A stretch of 64,000 nt of DNA, taken from assembly GCF_036971445.1 (NCBI RefSeq), contig NC_091469.1, forward strand, positions 136,648,001 through 136,712,000, written 5' to 3'. Shown here piece by piece: positions 13,231 to 26,570 of this stretch. A program made the translations under genes and the position numbers. How positions within the stretch are numbered: position 1 is the first letter of the stretch; the number at the start of each line of letters is the position of its first letter. A model generated the notes under the pieces. That model saw nothing but the letters and a program-made list of their open reading frames with translations. It did no database searches and was not told the origin of the DNA. Source of the stretch: Narcine bancroftii (taxonomy: Eukaryota).

Positions 13231-14519
13231 TACTTTCAACAAGCCAACCACATCACTGAGTCTGCACTGATGCAGGTGAAAGGAATTAAATGTACCAATA
13301 TCCTTTCCTGAAGAACATTAGTGAACCAAATGTATTTTGACAACATTCTGATCATTTCCTGGTCACCATTATTGATTATTTAATCAACTGAATTTAATTT
13401 TTCCAGCTGCAATGGTGGAATATGAACTTGTATCTCAGGATCATTATTCCAGGTCACTCGAGTACTGGCCAGTTACCTGAACTACCTACTTAAAGCACAT
13501 TCTGTGTTGGCTATTGGAAAATAAAATTGCAGTTATTTGATCAATCCATCATGGATTCTATAAACTTATATACAAGTGAAACATTACTTGTAAAATGCAC
13601 TGTAATCTACTATCAATACATATAATATTGGAAAATACAATATTCTGGCAAGGAATATGTACACATTTATTATCCAAATAGTGTTTGCCATATCATTTAA
13701 TTTTGAAAGAGAAGTGTAGAATAACTGGATTTTTTTTAAAAATTTGTCCAATTGGCACAGTGTTCCTGTGATGTATGGGGTCCCGCCCCCCACCCCACCC
13801 CAACCGAGTGCTCTGATTCCCTTCCACATGCCAAAGTTATGCTTATTAGTCAGTTAGTTGGCTCCTGTGAATGGAGGCAGCTGGTGACTGAATCCAGGGA
13901 GTGGTCGGTCATGGATAACAGAATCAGTTACAAAGAGATAAGTAGGGGAATGGGATTGATGAGATAGCTTTGAAAGCTGACATAGTTTCAAGTGGATGAA
14001 TGACCTCCTTCAATGTCATCTAGAAAGTGGTATTTAATAGTAGAAGATTGCATTTCAATTGGAAGCAAAAGTGATTCATAGAAATGCTGAGTCAAAGGCA
14101 AATGAATCTGAATAATAATAAAGTTGGCATATACATACTCTCCATGCACTCAGGGGCTGAATAATTTCCGTGCGAACAGAGCACATTAAATGAAAATTAT
14201 TTATATTTTGTGTACATTGAGACATTAAATTGTTTTACGAAACAATGGAAAACACTAAGACATATCAAATCTGGGTGAAAGTGTTTGAAGATTGGGACAG
14301 AGGTAAATTGGGAAGGAGGTACTTCCCACAGTGCCTGAAACTTCCAGTGGAATGAGAATGACAGCGAGTGGATAATTAAAGGGCTGGAGATCATGGGTGG
14401 TGGTAAAGATAAAGTTGATTAGTTTAACTCCTTCTTCTTCTTTTCTTATTATTAATATTGGTTTCCTTCACTATGCATTATAAACTGAGCACATTGACAA
14501 AAATATTGTTTGGCATTGA

Positions 14520-14720
14520 GGTCCAGTTAGTGTAATGCCATCAACCTGTATTCAAATCTGGGGCTGTCTGTAAGGAGTTAGCACATTCTCCCTCTTATCT
14601 GTGTGGGTTTCCTCCAATAATGCAGGGTGTTTAAAGGTTGACTGGTGTATTTTGGGTGGCGCAAACTCATGGGCCAGAGGGCCTGTTACTGTGCTGTATG
14701 TCTACATTTAAAATTTAAAA
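14520..14720 (+). mobile_element. V-SINE (HE1-like)
   Basis: Core gtaaggagttagcacattctccc...gtgggtttcctcc and tail ggcctgttactgtgctgtatgtcta. Confidence 0.7.
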
Positions 14721-16461
14721 TAAAAGGGGTTAAGCAAATGGTGAAACTCATGTTGAAAACAGTGGAATTTAAATTAGCAATAATATAATATGTTAATATT
14801 TGGGTTTTTTCCCCCACACTCTGCTTGAGATGAACTTGGAGTCAAAACGAAACCACAGAAGTTCATTACCTCCTGGCTATTGTGATTAGTAGTATGATTG
14901 ACAGCTTCTTCTCCATATGTAATATCCCTCTCACCCTCATATCTGTTTTTGACATAATATATCACACTGATCTCCTCCAGCATTTTTCTGCTGTCACCCA
15001 GTCCGGTGGATTTACACTTGCCTGATTTTTTTGTGTTATTGATGTAGTCACAGTTGGAGTTCACTTTCAGTGTTTTCTCTTGTGAAGCTAGTAATTGTTT
15101 TTACAGAGATATACCATTGAAGGTTGATATTTCAATGCACTCCCAAAGGAAGTTGTGAAACCAGTTTCAATTACCATTTATTTTTGACAAACATTTAAAT
15201 ATGCAAAGATTAGAAGGATACAGCAAAAAATGTTGGCAAAGGCACCAGAGTTTCCATTTTCCTTCCTCTTGAAGGGCCTAAACTTGAAATGTTGACTGAC
15301 CATTTCTAACCATCCTGACTAATTGAATCCCTCCAACATCTTTTTGTTCACTTAAGCTTCCAGCATCTATAGTTTAAACATTTCAATAATATTTCTTCAT
15401 CTTTATAATTATTTCCAAAGTAACCTTTTACAAAACATCTGCTTGGACACTCATTTTCCTTTCTCAGAACTCTGCAAATTTACACACTTTACATGATATA
15501 GTTCATGTTAACCTTTCTTGCAGAATAGTCATTTTCAAATTTCCCATAATGCAGCCCAATTGTCAGAACTTTGCTCATTCACATAACCTATCAATATCAC
15601 TTCGTCCCCGCCACACATCCTCTTCATAAATTGCTCTCCATTCCTTTTCCAAGAAGGAGAATTTCATCGTAAGAGCAGTGTCTTAAACAAAATATCTCCC
15701 ACAAAACTTCACTATTCCAGCTGCTCTTGGAATTCATTAAAAAAATGAATGAATGAATTAATTGGAATTAATTAAAATTAGCTTGGTGTTCAAATCTGCG
15801 CTAAGCCACAGAGGAATTTCAATCTATGACCTCCAATAACTCACAAATGACAATTCGCTCTTGTTTATTAATAGCAGATAAATCTCACGTGCTTTTGAAG
15901 TTCAATTATACATAAATAATTTCACGAAATTTATTCCCAGACAGAAAGTAATCTGAATAATTAAACCTCTTGCTCAGTAATGAGATGAAAGCAGGTGTAT
16001 ATTCAATGGAATCTTGGCTGGGCGAATCTTAAAACTCATTTAATTGAATAAAGCATTTTATATTTTGACTAAGAAAACCTCCAAGTCAAAATGACACTAA
16101 CATTTCTATAAATCAATGTGAAATGTATGAATAAGTCATCCCTGTCTCTGTAAGATTTCTTTCAATAAAGATCTTTAATATCAACAGGGATCTTGGCAAA
16201 TGCTGCATTTAATTTTAAGTAGTATAAATGTGACAACAATCACATATTATAACAAAATAAAAAAGAGAAAATATCAGGTTTGTCAGCAGGTATAGTGCAT
16301 CTGCGAGAAGGGAAATTTTCAAGTTGAAGCCCCTTTGTGAGAACAACAGGTTCTCTAGAGATTCTCTTGAAGGTTATTCAACCTGAAACATTAACTTTGA
16401 TTCTCTTTCCTGATTTGCTGAGTGTTTCCAAAGTTTGACTTGAAATTTATTTTAGATTTCT

Positions 16462-16793
16462 TTTTAAAATATTTTTATTAATATTTAAAGTATAAAAAAT
16501 TGAACAATACAAGGATACAATCTGCAACATAATTAAAATAAAAGGAAAAAAATCCAAATATAAACACAATTCAAAAATCCAATGCACATTGGTTATAGTC
16601 TAGCAAAACCTAACATCAAAAAACCAACCCAAAGGAGAAAATAAAGGAAAGAAAATATGAAATTATAAATTCTTTTCAAGAAACATAAAATTTCTTTTTA
16701 CAATTCTCTTTCCATCTCTTCTCCTATAATAATTTTATCAATGTTTACATTAAAAAAACAGTTATCTATTTTATTATCAAAATCAAAAGAAAT
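16462..16793 (-). mobile_element. AT-rich retroposed insert (probable L1/Tx1 3' UTR) with 19-bp TSD
   Basis: Perfect direct repeats aaatttattttagatttct at 16443-16461 and 16794-16812. Minus-strand AATAAA plus A-run at the left end. Confidence 0.75.
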
Positions 16794-17698
16794 AAATTTA
16801 TTTTAGATTTCTAACATTTTCAATTAATATTAAAACAAAATGAATCTTTAATGTTTTCTTTTCTGAACCACCTGATGAGAAGATATCTCAAGATAAACTC
16901 ACATGTCCAGTTACCATATAATTAAGACAATTAAAATGTCTCCGTACCCTGCGCTTAATTCCTTTGTCACCAACTCTGCAGGTTCATGCCAATACAAAGG
17001 ACAGTGAAATATCTTAATGAGTGAAGCATCATGTGTAGAAATGGTAAGGAAACCAACCAAATTAGAGTGACCTCAGCTTCCATGGTTAATGAAAAATATT
17101 TTCAATTACTTTAGCTTATTTTGATGAACTCAGTTTGAAATCAGAAGACATCATAAAATTGTTTAGAACAATCCTTCAGTTAGTCGATCAAACCATATTC
17201 CCAAAGTACATATGTGCCCAAACATTTACCACTTCTCCACCAGATGAATTAATGATTTTACCTGAATTCCAAGTAGCCTTTCATTTTCACTTCACATTAA
17301 CACATTTTAACATTTTTAACCAACTCAATAAGATCCTGCTGTTCATTTTCGAGTTTAATGATCCATATTCTATTTTTTTCTTTCAATATCAAAGGAAGCC
17401 ATTCTGCCTGTTGTACTTTAGCCCCTAATCTCTTCTCTCTGCATTGCAGATTCACCAGTATACCACATGAAATTTGGACTGAGCAATTAACCCACACTTC
17501 TTTGAGATTTGGGTAAAAACTAAGAGAAAGGAAAGCAAACTGGTCACAGTGGAAGCATGCAATCTCCACACTAAGGTGCAAGAGTGAATCTAGATCATTG
17601 GTATTGTGAGATGGCAGGCTCATCTGTCTGCATCACAGAAGTTCATGACCTAACCATCTTCTGAATCAAGAATGGGGCAGATTCCAACAGTACGGGAT

Positions 17699-17933
17699 TG
17701 TGGTGCACTGAGGTAACAGCAAGCAAGCACAAAACTCAAAAAGCTGTCCAGAAGGCTTTATCCCAGTAAAGGTCTGAACACCAGTTCAAGCCTTGGTGGC
17801 TTCCCGTGTGACTGGCTCAGGAGGGGCCGGCTCAGGTCTATATAAAGCTGATTGACAGCCGGCCAGGTGGAGTCAGCCCCTTAGGTGGTACAGAGATCTC
17901 CCCTTGCAGTAGGCTGGTGGTCGTATCACCACA
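17699..17933 (-). mobile_element. Solo LTR, 235 bp
   Basis: Perfect 7-bp terminal inverted repeats TGTGGTG/CACCACA; TSD GGAT/GGAA. Confidence 0.8.
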
Positions 17934-18459
17934 GGAATCATGTTGAAAATTGTCTTGCCATAATATACTGCCTATTTTAAGAATTTGCTCATCCAAGATT
18001 CTCTTTATTGAATTTATTACATTTCTTCATTAAGTATATTCTACACGTACAATCCATGATGGAGAAGAAAAAAAAATTTTGCCCACCCTATCAAACCTCT
18101 TGATAGTTGTGCCACAAAACTCTGCCCTGGATTGAAGATAGATGATTCCATTGTGACAGATAGAAATAATTTCATTTTTGTGATGAACTGCAGAGATCAT
18201 AGGACTTTGAGATCAGAACAGAGGATTGGATTAAACCACATCTTGGTTTCTAAAAACATGATGTCAATCAAATATAAAAACATTAAAATTAGGCACTGTT
18301 ATCTGGTGAAAATGTTCAAATCCCAACCAGAAGTGTCAAGCAATTAAAATACTCAAAATTAAGTCATCCTAGAATAATTCTCTTCAAAGGTGTCCGTAAA
18401 ATTGTGGGGTTTTCCCAGATAGAAAAATAGATTATTTTCATTGATATCTATCTTTACAT

Positions 18460-19030
18460 GGTTGGAAAGCTGGGAGTATATAATCCTGTGATCATTAGGG
18501 GATCAGAGGTGGAGAGTATGAGCAAATTTAAGTTATTGGGAGTCATTATCTCAGAGGATCTTTCCTGGACCCCATACACCAATGGCATCATGAACAAAGC
18601 CCATCAGCAGCTCGAGTTCCTCAGGAGTTTGAAGAGGTTGGGTATGAGATCAGAAACCCTAGCAAATTTCTACAGAAGGTGTGCTGTCCTGCTGCATCAC
18701 GGTCTGGTATGGGAACACCAATACCCCTGAGCGTAAAGCCCTCCAAAAGATAGTGGATGCAGCCCAGGACATTATAGGCAAAATCCTCCCCACTATTAGG
18801 GAACATTGCCATTGGAGAGCAGCAGCAGCAATCATCAAAGACCCTCACCCCCCAGCACATGCTCTGTTCTCACTGCTGCCATCAAGAAAGAGGTAGAGGT
18901 GTCATAAGACTCACACCACCAGATTCAGGAACAGCTATTACCCCTCTACCATCAGAATCACAAATTCAATTAAGGACTCTTACTTGTGCACTTTATTGAT
19001 TTTCTTTGTTCTTTCTGTTTTTCCTCTTTT
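18460..19030 (+). mobile_element. Rex1/Babar LINE, 3' fragment
   Basis: FKLLGVIISEDLSW, CITVWYGN and IIKDPHPPAHALFSLLPS are typical of the C-terminus of this clade. Confidence 0.85.
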
Positions 19031-19239
19031 TTCATATATTGTTATTAATTATATCTTTTTTTTTAGAGATAGTTCACACCCTAAACTGATCTAAAATTTT
19101 TTTATGATATATTTTTATTCTGTAATATTATTGTTTAATATCTCTGTATTAATTCATTACTTACTATGTATTTTTTATATCTCTTTGAACTGTATGTGTT
19201 TATAAATTATGATAATAATAAAAAGATTGAAAAAGAAAG

Positions 19240-19775
19240 AAAAGCAGTGGAAAGTGTTAAGATTTTCAAGTTCCTTTCTGACGATCTGTCCTGGGGCCTC
19301 AATGGCAATGCAATCATGTAGATGACTCACTAGCGATAAGGAGTTTAAGGAGATTTGGTATGTCACCAAAGACTCTCAAAGGCTTCTACAGATATGCTAT
19401 GAAGAGTATTCTGGCTAATTGCATCATTGCCTTGTATGGAGGTGTCAATGTTCAGCATAAGGAAATTCTCCAGTACGTGGTTAACTCATCCCATGTCAGT
19501 CTTACCTCCTTCAAGGTCATCTACAAGAGGTGGTGTCTAAAGAAAGCAGCATCTATCCTCAAGATCCCCCACCACTCAGGCCATGCCCTCTTCACACTGC
19601 GACCATAAGGAAGGAGGTACAGAGCTTGAAGATGGCACAAGGACAGCTTCATCCCCTCTGCCATCAGATTTCTGAATGGACAATGAACCACTGAAACTAC
19701 CTCACTTTTGAACTCATTTATTTATTTTTAAATGTAATTTTTACGGCAATATTTGCATTGAAATACTGCTGCCAG
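19240..19775 (+). mobile_element. Rex1/Babar LINE, 3' fragment
   Basis: FYRYAMKSILANCIIALYGG...HHSGHALFTL. Confidence 0.8.
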
Positions 19776-21408
19776 TTTTATTTTCCAGCATCTGTAGTTT
19801 TTCTTGTTTGCCTTGGTTAACTCCTTTTTTCAATCAAACATTCTGCATCTCTAACTACTTTCTTTTTAATGAGGATTCTGTCATTGTAATTATGTTGTTT
19901 CACAATATTCCAAGTGCACCCTGACCATTTGTTACATGATTTCCCACACATGTATTCAGTGAAGGCAAGCATTCCATACATCTTCCTCATAGTTCAGGAA
20001 CTATGTTCTTGACCCCAGGATTTCTCTGTTCAAGAAAGCTCTTCAGGGTCCTGCCATTCACAGTGTATGTCCTTTTGTGAGTTCAAATTCCCAAAAGGAA
20101 TCACTTTGTACTGGCTAGAGCCTCTCCCTCTCAAACGTTGTATGGGAGTTTCTTTGCTGTATTACACTGGTAGAAAGCCGAACATTGCATGACACTTTGA
20201 ATGGTATTTTTAGAAATGTTTATGAATCTGCAGATTACTTTTTCTGAATGACTTTTGAGGAAGATTCAGGAAATCAAAATCATGGAGGAAAATGATGCCA
20301 AATCGCAATGCAAAAAGCACAAAACTAAATATAGGAAAACTATGAACTCCTTTGACATAGTGGATGGTACACCAGTTGTCTTTGTCTAAAATTGGAAACA
20401 GCAATCTTGTCTTTGAAGTTGCTAAATTATTTAATTCTATTTGCTGTTCTTTCAGAAGTTGTTTACATTAGCATTATGCTTTCTATATTCATACGGAAGG
20501 TTTCTAAAATTCTATTTTTTTGCCTTGTCATAAGATATCCCAAAGAGACATTCAAACCAAATAAAAAGTTTTGCCATATGGCTTTAAATTCAGATGATCC
20601 AGAGATCTAAAGTGGAATACAGAGAGAGATAAACCCATTCTGCGACATCTCCAGCCCATTAATTTAAGGATTCTCCCACTGATCTCGAGAAAGCGATTGA
20701 AGACCAAAATAAGCATGAAACTGATGCATGAATTCCACCTTGACACTCCCTCTAATCATACTTTGGGAAGAATTGGTTGGTTTTACATGTTGAGGAATGC
20801 CTGAGGAAAGTTGTCCTTGTACTTAAGGCCTTTGGAGTAGAATATGAAGTAGACACAGCAAGAAAGGTGCCAATGTCCATTTGATAGATGTGGTTTGACA
20901 ATAAGCAGAAAGCATGAAAGCCATCAAAAGCAGTTGGATTTTTTTTTACCACCAGTCTGTCTGGGAGTGAGGTGTCACTTGGAAAATATAATGATCTAAA
21001 TACAGAAATTCAGGGAGATTGGATTATACTAAACTTGGGCCCAAATGGAAAACATTGTAAAGAACATATTAACAGAACAATGTTCATACTAACATACAAA
21101 CTAGGAACTGTCTAGTCCCTTAACCCAGCTCCATCATTTAAATAAAGATATGGTAAATCTGACTGTAACACTTCATTCCCACGAAGCCTGGGTCAGTCAG
21201 TCAGATACATAGACTTGAATGAAAATGCAAGAAGTGTCATTGACTTCATCAAAACCTGTGTGGATGATGTGTGGATGTACCCACGTGCACATACTGGGTT
21301 TTCCCCAACCAGAAGCCCTGGATTAATTAGAGAATCTGCATCCTGCTGAGGGCGAGAACAAGGGTGTTTAAGGTGCAGATCGAAATATTTACAAGAAGTC
21401 CAGATACA

Positions 21409-22804
21409 GCTGGATCCTTGACTTTCTGACCACAGTCAGTACGAATTGGAAACAATGCCTCCTCCTCACTGATCATCAACGCATGTGCACCCCAAGGATG
21501 CATGCATAGCCCACTGTGCTATGCATTACATACCCATGACTGTGTGGCCAGTGTTAGGTCTGCTTTGTTCATGAATGAGTGAGACAAACACCAGGCTGAG
21601 TCGAAATCAGGGTTCTTTGTTCTTTATTACCGGATTGTAACACTTGCGACCAACCATGTTAGTCGGAGAATGCATTCTGCCGTTATCAGCAAAATGGTGA
21701 TTTTTTATACCCTTGGATATGTGCTTAGAACATCATCATATCATTACTTGTCCAATGACTAAAACTGTTGCTATCCTTTCCCTGCTAGCTTCCTGCCTCT
21801 CAATCCATCAATGTCTCTCTTATCTTGTAAGTACAAGGATGCATTCACATCTTGTTACAGCCCTGTACATTCCCATCTCATGATGTTTTACCTAACAGGA
21901 GTACAAGGACACCTCCCCTTCTTGTTACAGCCCTGTACAGGGTAACTCCTTACACATTCCCATCTCATGATGTTTTACCTTACACCAGGCACAATTCCAG
22001 TGTCATCTACAAGTTTGCTTTTGACACTACAGTCATCAGTAGAATCACAAACAGCAATGAGGAAGGTTACAGGAAGGAGATAAATCAGCTTGCTGATTGG
22101 TGTAACAACAACAACCTTGCGCTCAGTGTTAGCAAGACTGAGAAGATGACTGTGAAATCAGGGGAACATGACCTAGTTCTGATCAGGGGCTCAGTAGGGT
22201 CAAGAACTTCAAATTTCTGAGTCTCTGCATCTCTGAGGGTCTGCCCTGGAGCCTCTACATTGATGGGTCGCCAGCAGCTAAACTTTGTGATGTGCCTGAG
22301 GCGGTTCAGTAATGTCACCAAAGATTCTTGTAAATCTCTGCAGGTGGACTGTGGAAAGCATTTTGGCAGGTTGCATCACTGCCTGGTATGGAGGCGCCAA
22401 CTCCCAGGACAAGAGTAAACTCCAGAGGTTTGTTAACTTGACCTGTGACATCACAGGCACCGGACTTCATTCCAACGAGGACATCTACATGAGGTGATGT
22501 CTTATAAAAGCAGCCTCTATCCTCAAAGACCCCCACCATGTAGGTCATGCCCTCTTCACTCTGCTACCATTGGGGAAAAGACGAGCACTCAGCGGCACAA
22601 GGACAACTTCTTCCCCACTGCCATCAGATTCCTGAATAATTAATGAGCCAAAGAGATTGTCTGACTTTTCGTGCCCTAGTATTGTTATTATTTTCTTTTT
22701 TAATGTTATAAGATGGTTATAATATGTACGTTTTTGCATTGTGATGCTGCTATAAAACACTAAGTTTCATGACTTGTTCCTGACAATAAATTCTGATTCT
22801 GATC
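21409..22804 (+). mobile_element. 5'-truncated Rex1/Babar copy nested inside another Rex copy
   Basis: Has its own (ttctga)n tail at ~22790. Flanked by tttacaagaagtcca (21388-21402) and tttaaaagaagtcca (22805-22819). Confidence 0.75.
21552..21984 (-). mobile_element. Solo LTR, 433 bp
   Basis: TGTTAGGT...ACCTTACA ends; perfect CCAG TSD; cleanly interrupts the Rex RT sequence; minus-strand AATAAA at ~21625. Confidence 0.92.
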
Positions 22805-23960
22805 TTTAAAAGAAGTCCATGTATGACCTGTGGAAGGCCATCTCTAAAGCAAAGTGGCAACACCAGAGGACACTAGAGACAGAGAAAGATATGCGTAAGG
22901 TATGGCAGGGGGTGTAGGCCATTACAGCCTACAAAGCGAGGGCAAAAACCATCGATGGCTGTGATTCTTCATTATCCGATGAGCTGAACACCTTCTGTGC
23001 CCGCTTTAAGAAGAAGAACCAATTCGTGCCTACTAGAATACCTGAAAAGCCTGAGGACCCGATGATCTCTGTCTCTGTCAGAACATCATTCAAGAGGGTA
23101 CTGCCCTGATGGCATTCCTGGCAGGGTACTAAAAATCTGCGCCAGCCAACTAGCCAGAGTGTTCACAGACATTTCCATCCTATTATTGCTGCAGTCAGAG
23201 GTTCCCACCTGCTTTAAAAGGGCATCAATCATCCCAGTATCAAAGAAGATAAGTGTGAGCTTCTTCAATGACTAACACCCAGTAGCACTAACTTCTACTG
23301 TGATGAAATGCTTTGAGCGGCTGGTCATGGCCAGAATTAAAAAGCAAAGATCTGGACCCGCTGCAATTTGCCTATAGATACAATCACTCCACAGAAGATG
23401 TAATATTGTTTATTTTCCACTCAGCTCTGGATCACCAAGAAAACAACTTAACTTATACATATGGCTGCTCTTCATCGACTACAGCTTACCCTTCAATATC
23501 ATTATTCCCTCTGTGCTGGTCAAGAGCTACAAACTCTAGGCCTCTCTACCCCACTCTGCCACTGGATCCTTGACTTTCTTAATGGAAGACCACAGTCAGT
23601 ATGAATTGGAAACAATGTCTCCTCCTCAGTGATTATCAACACAGGTGCACCCCAAGGATGTGTTCTTAGCCCACTGTGCTACTCATTATACATTAATGAT
23701 TGTGTGGCAAGTCATAATTCCAAAGTTCTTTACAAGTTTGCCATTGAGACCACAGTTTACGATGGAATTACAAACAGCAATGAGGAAGTGTACAGGAAGG
23801 AGATAGATCAACTTGTGAATGGTGTAACGACAACCACCAGCACTCAACCTCAGGAAAGCCAAGGAGATGATAGTGGACTTCTGGAGGAAGTCGGGGAACA
23901 CGACCCAGTCCTCATCGAGGGCTCGGCAGTGAAGAGGGTCAACAACGTCAAATTCCTGGA

Positions 23961-24890
23961 CCTTAGAATATGTTCAGGGATGGGAATAGAATGAATGAGA
24001 ACAAGATTTGAATACATCAAGTTCAGATGAATAATACTTCATTCTATGCAAATCAAAGTTGTATATAGAATACATATGTCCAAAATTAGATTACCTCCTT
24101 TTTATCCTGATGTTGATCCACAATGTGACAAATGTAACATTTTTGAGGCCTCTCTGAATCATATGCCTTGAGAGTGTCCTGAACTACAAGAATATAGGGA
24201 ACAATTCTTTAAAACTCTATTACAGATTTTTAGTATTAACTTAGAACCGTGTCCTTTTATTGCTTTGTTTGGTTATTCTCTAGATGAGAAGATTTCATTG
24301 AATTCAACTTAAAAATGAATAGTAGCTGTAACTTCATTGATGACCAATTTTAATAAGATGGAAAGACTCCATAGCACCAACTCATATGCAATGGTTACAG
24401 GATGTTATGTCTTGCTTGAGTTTGGAGAAAATTAGATATATAATGTTAAAGAGATCAAGGTTGAATTTGACAAGTTATGGGGCTCATTCATGGACCATTA
24501 CTGTAATTTGATTACTAGGCAGGGGTGCTCAGGGTATTTTCTAAACGATGTCCGAGAGCTGATACTTGAATCTTTACAATTTATTTGCTGGTGACCGTGT
24601 TTAGTGGGAGGGGTTAAATCAGTATGGTTTTTTTTCTTTTGTTCTTACTTTTGTTTCTTTCTACAACTAGAAGAGATCATTCTATTTAGATAATCACACT
24701 GTACATCTCAATATTAGAATATGTCATTTTCATAAGGGCTTTTCACTTCTTTTGGGAATTATATAAATGTATAATTATATATGTGACTCAAATTCTGTAT
24801 TGCATTATATAATAGCTTTATAACTAATGAATATCTGAACAATATAAGCATGTAATATTTCTATCAAATTAATACAAATATTTTAAAAAG
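23961..24890 (+). mobile_element. L1/Tx1-clade LINE, 5'-truncated
   Basis: ORF2 C-terminal zinc motif PQCDKCNIFEASLNHMP*ECP; AT-rich 3' UTR; degenerate TSD aacgtcaaattcctgg vs aacttaaaattcctag (13/16). Confidence 0.85.
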
Positions 24891-26304
24891 AACTTAAAAT
24901 TCCTAGTGTCATCATCTCAAAAGATCTGTCCCTAGACCCTCCATGTCGATGCAATCACAAAGAAGGCTCACCAGTGGCTATTCTTTGTGAGGTGACTGAG
25001 GAGATCTAGTATGTCACCGAAAACTCTTGAAAACTTCCACAGGTGTACCAAGGAGACCATTCTGGCTCTAAGACGCTGCTGCACGACACTCAATTTCATG
25101 ACTTGTTCATGACAATAAATTCTTGTTCTAATTCTGATCACAATACATTGATTATTGTTACAAATGTAGTAAATTGAATACAAAATTTATATCTTCTTTT
25201 TAAATCAGTGTTGTTATTTGGAAGAATACCTTTTGTTTTCTTCACATTCCTGCACGAGAATGTCATCAATGTGTGAATTGGACCTGGCATACCAGGCGTC
25301 CCATTCATATTGGGCAACCCGACGTGCCGATTCAAAATGGATCAGCAATGATAATACCGCCCTAGGTCAATTGGGCCCATCCCCCACCAGTTCAGGAGTG
25401 TTCACACTGGCAAGTGAACTGGTAAAAATTACTGGGTTCAAGTGCCGGTATGAAAGGGACTGCAGAGTTTACCAGCAAGGAGCAGATCCTCTGGCCCAAT
25501 TGGTCCATGATGACTGAGTTGACCTTCTGGGCTAGATAGCTATGGAGTTCTCTGTGTTTCATTCAAAATCTAATTTTCTGACATGCTCGTTCCATTTCTT
25601 AAGAATGAGCACAAATGAGTACATTAAAGTTACATGAATATACAATTGTAGGTACCGTGCAGCCATCCCATTAAGTGGTCAGATTTAAATTCCTTCTCAT
25701 GCCCTGGTTTCACTAACTGATGTTAAATGGAATAAAGAAAGAAAAGTGAGTGGGCCTGGTGAAATATTGAAGTGACAGGGTTTAGAATGATTGGTCCACT
25801 AAAATCTTTCAAAATAATTATGCAGCAGGATGAAATCTAAACATCTCAAGCTGTCATGAATATTTTGTCATACAGTATGAGATTACCACCAAATACAAAG
25901 TTTCCCCTTGTACAAGGTTGGTTAAATTCTGACATTGATGTAGCAAACCTTTGAAGTATCGAAGGGTAATTTCCAATCTTAAAAAAATGAAGGTCGCCAT
26001 TTATCCAGTGTACAGCAGTACGGCCCATGTAAATGACAAGATCAATATCTATCTTTTAAACAAGACAATGAAAGGACTGTACAGACACCAAATCAAAGTT
26101 CACCTGCTAACTGCAGGAGAAAGTTCAAGTCCCATTGATACTACTGATTTGGATTCTACGTAAGATTAAAGACTATTACTTCCTCTGAAGTCATTGTGTC
26201 ACTCTTTAGTGAACCAATTTGAGCAATCTTTCACGTGTCTGATTGATGATGGGAGACTCTATTCATGAATATAACCCAAAATGGAGAAATGAAGTCACTA
26301 ACTC

Positions 26305-26506
26305 NNNNNNNNNNNNNNNNNNNNNNNNNNNNNNNNNNNNNNNNNNNNNNNNNNNNNNNNNNNNNNNNNNNNNNNNNNNNNNNNNNNNNNNNNNNNNNNN
26401 NNNNNNNNNNNNNNNNNNNNNNNNNNNNNNNNNNNNNNNNNNNNNNNNNNNNNNNNNNNNNNNNNNNNNNNNNNNNNNNNNNNNNNNNNNNNNNNNNNNN
26501 NNNNNN
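26305..26506. other. Assembly gap
   Basis: Run of N. Confidence 1.
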
Positions 26507-26570
26507 AGGGGAGACAGAGAGAGGGGAGACAGAGAGAGGGGAGACAGAGAGAGGGGAGACAGAGAGAGAC
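26507..26570 (+). repeat. Purine-rich minisatellite (aggggagacagagag)n abutting the gap
   Basis: About four 15-bp units are visible. Confidence 0.9.

Larger units (their letters stand above)
21190..25140 (+). mobile_element. Rex1/Babar LINE host copy, interrupted by a second Rex copy and an L1 fragment
   Basis: RT motifs LDPLQFAYR and GAPQGCVLSPL..YKFA; 3' tail at 25095-25140. Confidence 0.85.

Noticed and set aside
14869-14942. Minus-strand exon candidate ending GAG/GTAATG
   Set aside because: Poor acceptor and no recognisable protein.
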